64,000 bases of DNA, taken from assembly GCF_001194135.2 (NCBI RefSeq), contig NC_068994.1, positions 35,151,263-35,215,262 on the forward strand, read 5' to 3'. Source of the stretch: Octopus bimaculoides (taxonomy: Eukaryota). The first letter of the stretch is position 1. Every line of letters starts with the position of its first letter. The notes beneath the pieces were generated by a model. It did not search any database and was not told the origin of the DNA. It saw nothing but the letters and a program-made list of their open reading frames with translations. Position numbers and translations under genes: made by a program. Below are positions 38,923-52,304 of the stretch, piece after piece.

Positions 38923-39498
38923 TTAAGAGTAAAATTTAACACTTAGGATACGCCACATAAATAGAACATAATGCAAGTTGACTCTTAAGTATATATTGCA
39001 TTTTTCCTTTACTCCAAAGAAAATCTCTTTTAGCCTCAAAACTCAAAAATATACAAGTTGAAACATTTTCTATACAAAAGACACAAAGCAACATGTGATT
39101 CCTTATTTTCCTTTGTGCCCTTCCATCCTTCTCACTTTTTTATTATATATGTTTATATAAATTCTATATACCAAGAATACGTATATAATTTCACTTGAAC
39201 TATAAACATTCATTCTGTGGAGGCATATCTTTATATTTTTCATTTTCATACATATAAGTGCATTCAATAAAATTGTTCTCTACTTAGGTTAAAAAGTTAA
39301 GCATGTTTTAATTACACAATAAACACACCTATATGTATACATGCACACACACACATATACATATATATATATATATATATACATATATACACACATACAT
39401 ATATGCACACATACATATATGCACACATACATATATGCACACATACATACATATATAGACAGACATACATATATACACACATACATACACACACATAT

Positions 39499-39536
<38 letters not shown>

Positions 39537-39541
39537 GCATA

Positions 39542-39598
<57 letters not shown>

Positions 39599-39817
39599 CA
39601 AAATTTTGATGCACTTTCAACTTTTTCTCAGTATGTTTCATACGTACATATGCTTACATATATATATATATACACACACACATGCATCTATCTCATTAAG
39701 CAATCTATCACATGCACACACTGGCAAAGAGAGGGCAATACACACTCATAAACAACACACTTGTACAATATTCACAATGTTCACACAAAACAAAGCCTTA
39801 TGAGCACATACATATGC

Positions 39818-39856
<39 letters not shown>

Positions 39857-41163
39857 TGATGATGATGATGATGATAACATTGTACATTGTATATGTACAA
39901 TAGCACACATCTGATGTCCTGTTTGGTACACATCCACTTGATATTCCACAGCACAAATATATGCTCCATGTGCAGCAAGTAGTATTGCATAGGCAGAAAT
40001 ATTTATAATCCACAGGTCCTCTCAGAATAAATAAAAAAATATGCATCTATTGACAAATTCAAACAACTCTTCCTTTACAGCAACATATTCTAGCATATAC
40101 TATCAATTTGTTCTCAGTACGTGCAGACGTATCTGAATGTTTGTGTGTGTAAGNNNNNNNNNNNNNNNNNNNNNNNNNNNNNNNNNNNNNNNNNGAGGAG
40201 TACATTTCTAAGTATGTGTTTATGTACTGGGATCTATACATATATATTTGAGTATGTACACAAATAGATATGTATGAAAGTAAGTGTATATAAGTATTTT
40301 TCTGCATGTATATAGATACTATACTACACAAAAAACATGCTAAACATACAGATGCTGATATAGAGGTATATGCACTAATTCAAGATATGTATTTGTGTGT
40401 ATGCCTGTATGTACATGTGTGCATGTATGTATATGAATGACAAAATATATAAAACAAGCGTGAATGTCTCACTACACACATATTAAAGAGATTTTAAGAG
40501 AATTCAAATTTTTAAAAATACTTTAGAGTATATATTCATAAATTATTACTTATGCAATATTAGTTATGTAATGATGTATGTAAATATTATATAGGTAATA
40601 ATGCACGTATATAGATAAATGTATGTATTTGTGCATGTATATAAATTATATATGAAGCAATTTGAAGGGACTGTTATCACTACTTGAGCAACATATGATA
40701 CAGCTGGCTCACAAAACATAAGCAAGTGAATCAAATAGACAGCTTTGGATAAAATACAAATTCTAAAATTTATGAAATGAAGCAGAACTTTTTATGAAAA
40801 AAAATCTTCTAGCTGAAAACTGGATGACTGAAAATCTTAACTAGAAATTATTATCATTACTACTTCAGGCAAGCTGTAGGAACTGTTAAAGTGTTGGACA
40901 AAATGCTTTATGGGATCTTTTTCTGGTCTCTTACATTCTGAGTTCAAATACCACTGATGTGGACTTTGTCTTCTATTTTTTAGAGGCTTGTAAAATAAAG
41001 TCCCAGTGAAGTGCGGGGGAAGGAGGACTGTAGTCAACATAGCCTCACTCAAAACAAGATTGTTGCCCCTGTGCCATTATTTGAAAGAATTATCATTAGA
41101 ACTGGCCACAATCCTTCAACATCTGATACAGTTCCAGACAAATGCCTATCCAAGTTGAATTTG

Positions 41164-41199
<36 letters not shown>

Positions 41200-41224
41200 A
41201 TGTATGTAAGTAAAAAGAACCCCT

Positions 41225-41540
41225 TTGGTCACAAATAACCATGAGATTGCATGAAGAAAGTTCCCCTCTGAAGAACAAGTCTGAGCAAGATGATTTGTGG
41301 AAGATCAGCAGTCCAAGCATACCAGTCCCCACCTCTGCACACCACTAATGTAATCCAAAGGAAAAGTGAAGGCTGATACAGTTTGGCACCTGTAAGTTTA
41401 TAACTTACTTCTACAGCTGAGTCAACTGGTGCAACATGAAATAAAGGTTCTTGCACAAGAACACAACACATGGCCCAGTGCAGGAACTGAACTCACAACC
41501 ACATGATTGAAACTCCAATGCTCTAACCACTGAGCCATGT
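41225..41540 (-). mobile_element. tRNA-headed SINE, family C
   Basis: Minus-strand head ggaacatggctcagtggttagagc...gtgagttcagttcc, then gtgttgtgttcttgtgcaag...ccagttgactcagctgtagaa. Related pieces at 16380-16460 and 62778-63062. Confidence 0.7.
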
Positions 41541-41562
41541 TCCTTCATTGTATACAGATATG

Positions 41563-41630
<68 letters not shown>

Positions 41631-41822
41631 GGTATGTGTGTGTGTGTGTGTGTGTGCGTGTGTGTGTATAGAGAGAGAGGGAGAGTGAGAGAGAGGAATG
41701 AAAATATGTCTAAGTATACATATGTTTTTGCATTTGTTTGGCAAGTTTATTGAAGTGAAATGTATTGAAACAGATGTACCATAAAGGGTTATTTTGTCAA
41801 TGACTGTACACAAGTACATACA

Positions 41823-42161
41823 CTGGTTCTATTTCACTTTTCTTTTTTATTATAAGTCCATTAGTTATCTAATTAATCAATTAAATAACTGATTGCATTA
41901 CTAATCACTTGATCAATCAATCAATCATCTGGTTAGTCACAGCCCTTTTGTCACCTCTCACAATATCCAGTTAGGATACATTGTGATGGACATGAAGTAA
42001 AAAGGGCACAACACATCATTGATATAAATTTGTGAATAGCAACAAAAGGACTCTGAAAACCAACTGACTAATTAATGATTAGTCAAGCAATTGATTAGTT
42101 AATTGGTTAATTTCTTAACTTGATTACTAGTAATAATAATAAAGAAGCAAAATAGAACCAG
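41823..42161. mobile_element. Old foldback MITE-like element
   Basis: Terminal ctggttctattt / aaatagaaccag, followed by TA on the right. The arms stay recognisably complementary inward (cccttttgt / acaaaagg). Confidence 0.55.
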
Positions 42162-42994
42162 TACATGTATTTTTCTTGGCAAAAAGACCCATTCAAGATA
42201 CATATGTACACACACACACAAACACATATTATTACTGCCATCATAATCATCATCAAAATTATAATTTAAAATCTGCTTTTCATACTAGTGTGAGTTGGAC
42301 AAGTCATTTGTACTTGATTGTATGTTTCATTTTTGTCTTGGTTTCTGTGGTTGGATGTCCTTCCACCACCAACTACTTTATGTTATATTCTTTACTGCAT
42401 GCAAATTGTCATGACACCAGCACCTGTAAGGTTATGTCTTTGACAAGACTAAAGGATCTTCACAATCATACACTTATCAGACTGTAGTGAGTGCATCTTA
42501 TCATAGCATCTGCACTAGAAAGGATAGGGGCTAGCAGAGTGATGGATAGCAAGAAATGGAAAAAACAGAGAGGGTGAATGATGGATGTCAATACGAAAAA
42601 CCAGTGGGAAATACAGGTAGAGTGTATGAAGTACACTCTATGCTTCTTATATTCTACCTATACTCCTTTAAGTTAAGTATATACCTCAAAGCAGTGAGAG
42701 ATAGGATGATAAGGATGAGAGGAACTGGCAAGGCCAGGGCCCACACAAGATTCCATAATGAATATATTTATATATCTATATATATAAAACAGAGCTAATA
42801 GTGGGGGATTATCAATCAGGACAAAATACTTCATAAGCTCTCCGTTGACACACTAGGCTAACAATGTTATTTAGATTAGTGAGGAACTCCAGGTTTTCTT
42901 ATGGTAGGGTCCAAGGTTATGGTTCATCACAATTCTATATTGTAAATCCATGGGTAGGCTCCAGACAAGCCAGTTTTTACAAAGAGTGATACAT

Positions 42995-43162
42995 AAAAAA
43001 CAAATTAAAAATAATGGTCATTACTTATTTTTCCTTTATTGGAGCAAATTTGAATAAACCTATCAGTATTGTAGCTATAATGATTACTGGAAACAGCTGT
43101 ATGACAAATTTGCTCCAATAAAGGAAAAATATGTAATGACCATTATTTTTAACTTGTTTTTT
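42995..43162. repeat. 58-bp inverted repeat enclosing a hammerhead half-motif
   Basis: Arms 42995-43052 and 43105-43162 match at 56 of 58 positions. The 52-nt spacer contains cagta...tactg GAAAC AGCT GTA. Confidence 0.85.
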
Positions 43163-43174
43163 TTTTATCTATAC

Positions 43175-43235
<61 letters not shown>

Positions 43236-43247
43236 CATACATACATA

Positions 43248-44333
43248 TAGGGTGTCCCAAAAGTCACTGATGGGTTTCAATTTTTAATAACTTCCTTAAC
43301 TTAACAAATGAAGGCATGACATTTTGATATAATATAAAGGACATAATGGAAATTAATATGCACAAGTCAAATTTGAAACATCACTAAATCAAATATGAAA
43401 AATTATATCACTTAAATGGCAGCCATTTTCGGCTTTGCATGCATGTGCTCTTTCCTAAACCTGCATCATAACACCCTCAAGAGGTTCAGACCCCACTTCT
43501 CTGATTTCTCTATTGATGTTCTCCTTCAGTTGCACCAGGGTCTCAAGTCTGTATCCCCACACAAATAAATCCAGGCCAGTCAAGTCTGGGGAACGTGAAG
43601 GCCATTCAAAGTAGACCTCAAACATGGTTCCAGCAAGATGAGGCAACTACTCATACCGCAAGAGAAACAATGCAGTTGTTATGGAGAGAGAATAATCTCC
43701 TGCTATGGCAATGTCAACTGGCCTTCATGTACTCCAGACTTGACTAGCCCAGATTTTTTCTTGTGGAGATACCTAAAAGAGAGGGTTTACATCAACAAAC
43801 TGGAGACCCTGGTGCAACTGAAGGAGAACAGCAACTGAGAAATCAGAGAAGTGGAGTCTGAAACTCTTGAGTGTGTTATTGTGCAAATTTTGGAAAGAAC
43901 ATGGTTGTGCAAAGCGGAAAATGGCTGCCATTTAACCCTTTTGTTACCGTATTTGTTTTTTTTTTTGAGATGCTCTGTCTTTCTTTCAATTAATTTTAAA
44001 TATAACAATGAATTCAGTAAAATAACTTAGTTACCATTAAGCTGGTGTTAGGAACATAAACTGTGACTAAGGTTTGGTGGAAGATTTTCATTCGAAACAT
44101 ATGAAAACAAGACATTTGTACTACAGAGCCAGAGGCGGTTTCATCTGTGTTAGTATCGAAAGGGCTAAGCAATGTCATTTTCCATATGTGATGTAGATGT
44201 GTTGCAAAATTTGACTTGTGCATATTAATTTCCATTATGTCCTTTATATTGTATCAAAATTTCATGCATTTATTTGTTAAGTTAAGGAAGTTATTAAAAA
44301 TTGAAACCCATCAGTGACTTTTGGAACACCCTG
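43248..44333. mobile_element. Palindromic Tc1/mariner-superfamily element (third catalytic residue Asp; DD41D/rosa-like) with two inverted transposase 3' ends
   Basis: About 127-bp near-identical TIRs starting (C/T)AGGGTGT, TA on both sides. WPSRSPDLTGLDLFVWGY on minus; WFQQDEATTHTARETMQLL...WPSCTPDLTSPDFFLWRYLK on plus. Confidence 0.85.
43936..44164. mobile_element. piggyBac-type MITE nested in the element above
   Basis: TTAA|CCCTTTTGTTAC ... GTATCGAAAGGG|CTAA. It interrupts the right arm at a TTAA that is single in the left arm. Confidence 0.8.
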
Positions 44334-44840
44334 TATGTATATATATATATATATATGTCTGGTTATAATGTCTCATCTACAATTTTCAGCTTCTAGTTTT
44401 AGATGCATTGAAAAAAACGCACCAGTACACTCTGTAAAGTGGTTGGCATTAAGAAGAGTATCCAGCCATAGAGTCCAAGCCAAATGACACATATAAGCAC
44501 CTAGTTTTCGAGAGCAGCAGTTCTTAATGGGAGGTAGATCAGATCGTAATGATCTGTCCAGCACAGAAAGTGGAAGTAAAATGATGATGAGGATGATAAA
44601 TATACTTATATATATGCATATACATGTACATATCTGTACAGACACATACATACAGATATGTATGCACACATAAAAAGAAAAGAACAGAAGCAGCAGAATT
44701 CAACTCCAGAAACATTAGGCTCCAAAATAATTCTTTGAAACAAATCTAATCTAGTTTTCTCTTTTCCATTGTCTGCCATGCCTATATGCTTCAAGCAGAA
44801 ACAGTGATACACATATTTTTACACACACACACACGTGTGT

Positions 44841-44877
<37 letters not shown>

Positions 44878-44953
44878 AAAACAATGAGAGAAGGATAAAA
44901 ATGGATGTGTGTGTGTGTGCATGTGTGTGTAAGTGCATGTGTGTGTGTGTGCT

Positions 44954-44987
<34 letters not shown>

Positions 44988-45000
44988 AACGCGTGTGTGT

Positions 45001-46237
45001 CATCATCATCATCATCATCGTTTAACGTCCGCTTTCCATGCTAGCATGGGTTGGACGATTTGACTGAGGACTGGTGAAACCGGATGGCAACACCAGGCTC
45101 CAGTCTGATTTGGCAGAGTTTNNNNNNNNNNNNNNNNNNNNNNNNNNNNNNNNNNNNNNNNNNNNNNNNNNNNNNNNNNNNNNNNNNNNNNNNNNNNNNN
45201 NNNNNNNNNNNNNNNNNNNNNNNNNNNNNNNNNNNNNNNNNNNNNNNNNNNNNNNNNNNNNNNNNNNNNNNNNNNNNNNNNNNNNNNNNNNNNNNNNNNN
45301 NNNNNNNNNNNNNNNNNNNNNNNNNNNNNNNNNNNNNNNNNNNNNNNNNNNNNNNNNNNNNNNNNNNNNNNNNNNNNNNNNNNNNNNNNNNNNNNNNNNN
45401 NNNNNNNNNNNNNNNNNNNNNNNNNNNNNNNNNNNNNNNNNNNNNNNNNNNNNNNNNNNNNNNNNNNNNNNNNNNNNNNNNNNNNNNNNNNNNNNNNNNN
45501 NNNNNNNNNNNNNNNNNNNNNNNNNNNNNNNNNNNNNNNNNNNNNNNNNNNNNNNNNNNNNNNNNNNNNNNNNNNNNNNNNNNNNNNNNNNNNNNNNNNN
45601 NNNNNNNNNNNNNNNNNNNNNNNNNNNNNNNNNNNNNNNNNNNNNNNNNNNNNNNNNNNNNNNNNNNNNNNNNNNNNNNNNNNNNNNNNNNNNNNNNNNN
45701 NNNNNNNNNNNNNNNNNNNNNNNNNNNNNNNNNNNNNNNNNNNNNNNNNNNNNNNNNNNNNNNNNNNNNNNNNNNNNNNNNNNNNNNNNNNNNNNNNNNN
45801 NNNNNNNNNNNNNNNNNNNNNNNNNNNNNNNNNNNNNNNNNNNNNNNNNNNNNNNNNNNNNNNNNNNNNNNNNNNNNNNNNNNNNNNNNNNNNNNNNNNN
45901 NCTAATGTTCAGCTTTTCTCTCAGGATACTTACACTCTGACGGGTATTCACATTGACATTACACATCCAACGGAGCATACTGGCTTCATTCCTTGCGAGC
46001 TTACGTATGTCCTCAGCAGTTACAGCCCATGTTTCACTGCCATGTAGCATGGTTGTTCGTACGCATGCGTCATACAGTCTGCCTTTTACTCTGAGTGAGA
46101 GTCCCTTTGTCGCCAGCAGGGGTAAGAGCTCTCTAAACTTTGCCCAGGCTATTCTTATTCTAGCAGCTACACTTTCAGCGCACCCACCCCCACTACTAAC
46201 TTGGTCGCCCAGATAGCGGAAGCTATCGACTACCTCT
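45001..46237 (-). mobile_element. 5'-truncated RTE-clade LINE, little decayed, with central assembly gap
   Basis: Open frame EVVDSFRYLGDQVSSGGGCAESVAARIRIAWAKFRELLPLL...LHGSETWAVTAEDIRKLARNEASMLRWMCNV. The 3' tail ends ggacgttaaacgatgatgatg. Confidence 0.9.
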
Positions 46238-46779
46238 TATGGTAAACAAGTTTATATCATTAGTTCCTACACCCGTTTCACAATTATGGTTGGCCTAGAA
46301 CCCTGCACTGTGCTTCCAAGTGCATTTAGATGCTTAACCAGAATGGATCATCAGGTAACATTTTATTGCATTAAGTTACAAAAAACTAATACTTATATAT
46401 ATGTAGGAGAGATAGAGAGAGAGAAAAATGCAATAAACAGGATGGTGTTTTACAGCTGGATGCCCTTCCAATTACTAACTACACAACCATAATGTAAATC
46501 ACAAACCAGTTAATTCCTGTTTCTCTAGTTAGATCAACATTGCATTGTCAACACACTCAACACATTGCCCAGAGCTATATTTAAGCTTCTGACCATGTTA
46601 TTAGAAATCTAGCATTAACCAAAGAGCTATTGTATCTATAATAATGTTTCCTCACATAGGTAACCTAACGAGGTTACTAGTTTTGGGGATGCTTAAGAAG
46701 AAAGTGTGGTCAATGGTTGTCTTTGCTATTCAAAGAGTATTTCAAATTACTGACTTTGAAAGAAAGAAAAAGAAAAAGA

Positions 46780-47545
46780 CAACCTCAGCTGGATTTGAAC
46801 TAAGAGCATGGAATATTGTAAATATATACCACAAAACATTTGGTCCACAATTCAACTAATTCTGCAAACTGCTGCCCATAATAATAATGATTTCAAATTT
46901 TGGCACAGATAGCAATTTGGGGTGATGGATTGGGTTAAGTTGATTACAAAAGTCCCAAGTGCTCCACTGGTATATATTTTACTGACTCTGGAAGGTTAAA
47001 AGCAAAGTCAACCTCAGTGGAATTTGAATTCAGAATAAGATTAGCCAGAAGATATGCCATAAAGTATTTGTCTGGATGCACTAAAGATTCTGCTAGCACA
47101 CTGTCCAATAATAATAATCCTTTCTACTATAGGCACAAGGCTTGAAATTTGGGGAGGGAGGACTAGTCGATTACATCAACCCCAGTACTCAACTGATACT
47201 TATTTCATCGACCCCGAAAGGATGAAAGGCAAAGTCGACCTTAGCGGAATTTGAACTCAGGATATAGAAACGGACCAAACACCGCTAAGCATTTTGCCCA
47301 ACATACTAATGATTCTGCCAGCTCACCACCTTAATAATAATAATAATAATAACAACAACAATAATAATTTTGCCACAAGGGCAGCAATTTTGGGGGAGGG
47401 GTAGTTGATTAGATTTACCCCAGTACTCAACTGGTACTTATTTTAGCAACCTCAAAAGGATAAAAGGTAAAGTCGACCTTCATGGGATTTGAACTCAGAA
47501 TGTAGTGACAGACGAAATACTGCTAAGCATTTCACCCAGTGTGCT
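46780..47545 (-). mobile_element. Head-to-tail array of four SINE family B units separated by (AAT/AAC)n
   Basis: Units at about 46780-46876 (head only), 46890-47106, 47119-47330 and 47368-47545 (runs into a gap). Confidence 0.85.
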
Positions 47546-47756
47546 ANNNNNNNNNNNNNNNNNNNNNNNNNNNNNNNNNNNNNNNNNNNNNNNNNNNNNN
47601 NNNNNNNNNNNNNNNNNNNNNNNNNNNNNNNNNNNNNNNNNNNNNNNNNNNNNNNNNNNNNNNNNNNNNNNNNNNNNNNNNNNNNNNNNNNNNNNNNNNN
47701 NNNNNNNNNNNNNNNNNNNNNNNNAGGAGGAGGGAAGAAGAAGAAGAAGAAGAAAT

Positions 47757-48640
47757 CATAGCAGCCCAGGATCAATGCCTACCTACATGAAACTACCAGG
47801 CCAACATCTCAAAGAATGGCAGTAGCCCAACATGTGCAGCCTTCTTTCACCTCCAGAGTATCTCAACAGGCATGATAGAACAGCACAGTATAGTCACTGG
47901 CTAATTTGTAAAGACCTGGCCCTGCCCCATGATAAAAGCTGGTGGGAACAGTGCTTGAAAAGGATCACATTTCACTCCTTTGGAACTTCACTGTTCAAAC
48001 TGACAGAAAGATAGATGTAAATATGCCAGACATTATATAGAAGGATTTCAGATAAAAATCATACCTATTCATTGATATAACTGTCCCAATCGACATAAAC
48101 ACATATGTCATAACCTACCAAAAACTGAGCAAATATAAAGATCTTGAAATAGAAATTAGTAAAATGTGAAACCTCAAAACAACAACTGTTGTCATAAGTG
48201 ACCTAGGAATGATAGCAAAAGGGGCTGATTGTTACCTATCTCAGATACCAGGAAATTCAAAACATAGTGCACATAAGAACTGCTCATATCCTATGAAAAA
48301 TAATGTCTTTGTGATTCCAAAGAAAAGACAATTTAATCTGTAAACTTTATCAAAAGTACTTTTAAATGTACATAACAGCAAACACCTTGTACTGTCATCT
48401 TAAGATCACACTATCATCTTACCATCAAATTATCTTTAAAACAAACTTTTAATTTTCTTGTTTTGACAGACAGTTTCTAGAACAATACTCTGTGCAAAAC
48501 CTAAAGCATGGCACCCTAGTCATAATACCAACTTGAACTTCTAACTTGAGGTCACTGGGTGAGACTTGGAGTCAACTTGTACAAATACAAAGCAAAAGCC
48601 AAACATATAACAATAACAACAACAACAATAATAATTCCTT
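47757..48640 (+). mobile_element. R4/Dong-clade LINE 3' part (restriction-like endonuclease domain, 3' UTR, (AAC/AAT)n tail)
   Basis: IIAAQDQCLPT...YLNRHDRTAQYSHWLICK...LWNFTVQTDRKIDVNMPDII...FIDITVPID.N...KLSKYKDLEIEISKM*...LGMIAKG, with stops. PD...D RLE signature. Confidence 0.85.
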
Positions 48641-49449
48641 ACTGCTACACAAGCCTCCAAATTTAAGACAGGGATATAATGAAATATGTGAACTAATTGT
48701 TGACTGATGCCTTTTTTCCATTTCTAAAATTGGTGTAAGGTTACAAATTTTTGCTATTCAATGTGTCAATCCAGTCAAATTCAATTCATCATCATTTTAA
48801 TGTCCACTTTTCCTTGTTTGCAGGAGTCCTATGGAATTCATTGAAATAAATTTGCTATGGCTGGATGTCCCTTACCTGATTTCAAACATGGTAATATTTC
48901 CCCATGACTGGACATGTTTTTGTGGAAGACTAAAAATCGGTAAGACCACCTGTGCGACATCATGCAATAACAGTCATCATACAATAACAAGGCAAAGAGG
49001 AAGACATACAAAGATTCATTTGTCTACCAAATCCACTTGTAAATATTTTGGTTGACTCAGGGCCACAGTATAAGACACTTGCCAAGTTCCATGCATTGTT
49101 ATAGAACTGAACCAAAATCACATAGTTTGGAAGCAAACTTCATAGCCACACAGTCATCATAGTTTATTAACTCTGGAATAATGAAACGCAACAAATAGTG
49201 TTATAACTAAATACTGCAAGTGTAGTGTGTGATTGCCTTACTGATTATGATACTATTATTCCTAATGCATACTCATGGAAAATCTGCAGGTGATAAAGAT
49301 TCACTTTTATAGTCAAATACTTATGCCAAAGAGTAAATGAATAAAATATATCAAATGCCTTATGAATGAATTTGGTTGATGAAACTGTAGTAAGCCTTTT
49401 GTGTATGTCAAGGTATATGTATGTATGCATGTAGATATATGTATATATA

Positions 49450-50366
49450 TTGGGTCATCTTATAAATAATGTGTTTTTTTTATAATTCTTTTATTTTTCA
49501 AAATTAAGATAAAGTTCTTTTTAAATCTAAAATATACTCTCCTTCATTTTCTACAATGCTCTTCCATCTATCTGGTAGACTTGCAAGGCCCCTCTTCCAA
49601 AATTCACTTGTCCATGATGAAGAATACTCCTCCAGTACTGTTTTGACCACATCTACAGAATTCATATTTTTCCATCTAAATGATTTTGAAGACTGCAGAA
49701 TAACTGATAATCAGATGTGACAATGTCCAGCAAATATGGTGGGTGTGGCATGGTTTCTCATTCAAACTGCTCCAGCCTTTGGAATGTCATCCTCACTATA
49801 TGTGGCTGAACATTATCCTGATGGAAGAACACCTTTTGTCTTGAAACCAAAGATGGTCATTTTCATTCTAGCACTAGTGTCAATGAATGGTTGAATGGCT
49901 AAATCCAAGCTTCTCTGCTAGTTCCTCAAAAGTTACAATGGGATTTTGTTCCATCAGGGTTTGCAAGACATGCTTGTTGAGCTCTACAGATCTTCCAGGA
50001 TGAAGCTTGTCTTCTAGGCTGTAGTTTCCAACTTGGAATTTCTGGAACCACTGTTGACACTGGCTTACACTTATTGTCCAACTCCCATATACTGCATTAA
50101 TATTCCTCACACTTTCCATTGCATTGTTGCCTTTATTGAACTCATAAAGCAAAATATGCTGAATATGTCCCTTTGTCACTTCCATTATAGCTTTGAAAAA
50201 ATAACTTAAAATCAAACTTCACTCTTCAAAACTTGCACTAAGAATAAGCACAAGGTACAATTATTACCTGCTTTTATAGCAAGCTGATGCAGGTAGTTTA
50301 TCTCATACTCCTCCGACTTTTAGTTCATCCAATTGCAAAAACAGTATTATTTATGGGATGACCCAA
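49450..50366 (-). mobile_element. Internally deleted mariner (DD34D-type) element
   Basis: About 28-bp TIRs ttgggtcatc..ataaataat, TA on both sides. ATG at 50185 starts MEVTKGHIQHILLYEF...WFQKF...LEDKLHPGRS...LAEKLGFSHSTIH. The deletion removes the first Asp region; FFHQDN...HPPYLLDIVTSDYQLF remains. Confidence 0.92.
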
Positions 50367-50367
50367 T

Positions 50368-50398
<31 letters not shown>

Positions 50399-51647
50399 TA
50401 TATACATATATTGTGTGTGAGTGTGTGCTTGTCACAATTTGAGCTAAACAGTAGTGATGTTTACATTCTGAACTGACATTATGACTGCTTACACTGCACT
50501 TTTGGACGATGGAATATAAAAAAAAACGCACACCTGAAACAGGTGAGGGTTGATGACAGGAAGAGCATCCAGCTTTAAAATCCTGCCTCAAAACCAATTC
50601 TTGTCCAGCACAGAAAAATAAACATCAAAATGAAGGAACAATGAACATTTCTCTTCATCCACGAGACCAAGGGACCAGTGGAGAAGGAAGGATTATCTGG
50701 TGGTTGATGAAGGTAGCCAATGTAAAGATTTTGGTTGAGAGGACAGTATTAAAGATGAGAGACGGATAGCAACTGAAATATTTTCAGGTAGTAAGTAAAG
50801 TTAATGGCATCAAAGAAAAACTGAAGTTACAGATGATGGGTAGTTACAGATGATATGAGGTAGAAAGTGGGTGAGGTCCAGTTGTGCACACATATTTATA
50901 TATACACACACATAGATATGTATACATACACACACTGAGCTTCCCGAGCTTACTTTTGCTGCATTGGGCAGTTCTTCTCGAGGACAAAAATTCACCAATC
51001 ATCCTGTTTCCTTTTTCTTGATAAAGTTCACGGTTCTGAGAAGAATTTATTACTGCCTCATGCATATATGTACTATTAAAAGTAATGATGTAAGTTTTCA
51101 TTAGGCATGCCATTCAGAAAATCCTGCAGGTTGCAGGTTGTCTATGACTGCTCTATACAACTACCATCTGATAATATAATACAACCAACACAATTCAAGT
51201 CAAGTATGGGGGCACAACTCTCCAAGTTGTGTATGGTTGTCAAACCAACACAGTACATACACAATCACTATGCAATAATATAACACAAGCCATACACTTG
51301 ATGCAATCACCACCAGTACTTATCTTTATATCTGGTCTTTTTTTGCTGAAACAACGTATAGTTTTTATAAAAATCATGGAAAAATAATAAAAATAATAAT
51401 TATCATCATCATCATCAATATTTAACCTCCGTTTTTCCATGCTGGCATGGATTGGACAGGAGCCTGTTTTGGCTTGGTTTCTATGACTGGCACCTTGGTT
51501 TTAGAATTTCAATTCCGTTGTGGAGGGTGGGTCTCAGTCCTCTGTTATCTCCATCATAAGGTTCAGTGTTTTGAGATTGGCCTTCAATACTTCATCTCAT
51601 GTCTTCCTGGGTCTCCCTCTTTTACAGTTTCCCTCCTTTCAACAACT

Positions 51648-51990
51648 GGGGCAAAGCCTTTAATTTTTTTTGGAGGGGTGAGTAGTTGATTACATTGAAT
51701 CCAGTACTTGACTGGTACTTTATTTCATCAACGCTGAAAGGATGAAAAGCAAAGATGACCTCAACAGGATTTGAATTCAGAACATAACAAGTAGGAAGAA
51801 ATGCCACAAGCATTTTGTCTGACATACTAACAATTCTGCCAGCATGCCACTTTTAGTTCCAAATTTTGGTACAAGGCCAGCAATTTTATGGGGAAGTAGG
51901 TTAGTAGATTACATCAGCCCTAGTACTTGACTGGTACTTTACCCCAATGGAAAAAAAAGCAGAGGTGCTCGACACAATTTGAACACAGAA
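51648..51990 (-). mobile_element. Two tandem SINE family B copies
   Basis: Units at about 51648-51852 and 51860-51990. Confidence 0.7.
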
Positions 51991-52304
51991 GAGTCAGAAT
52001 ACGATAATGATGGGAGTGATAATGACAATGTATTTCTAAAAGTTGATATATTTCAGGTGAGTGATATAATTAATTGAAATGACATACATATATAACTAGT
52101 ACTTATATATTCAATCCCTGAAGTTGATTTAAGGGTTTGTATTCGAAAAGAGCTAGACAAAAGAGCTAAATATTTTAACACATTTAACCCCTTTGCTCCA
52201 ATTCCAGTAGTGTTACCTCATATTACCCATGTCCATCTAAGCCCTACAAACCATTATTTTCATCTTTCTAACAACAAATGTCATTCACTTATAGTCCATC
52301 TTTA

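Noticed and set aside
39289-39641. Numerous poly-YI, HT and CV ORFs here and throughout
   Set aside because: Translations of (TA)n, (CA)n and (TG)n microsatellites.
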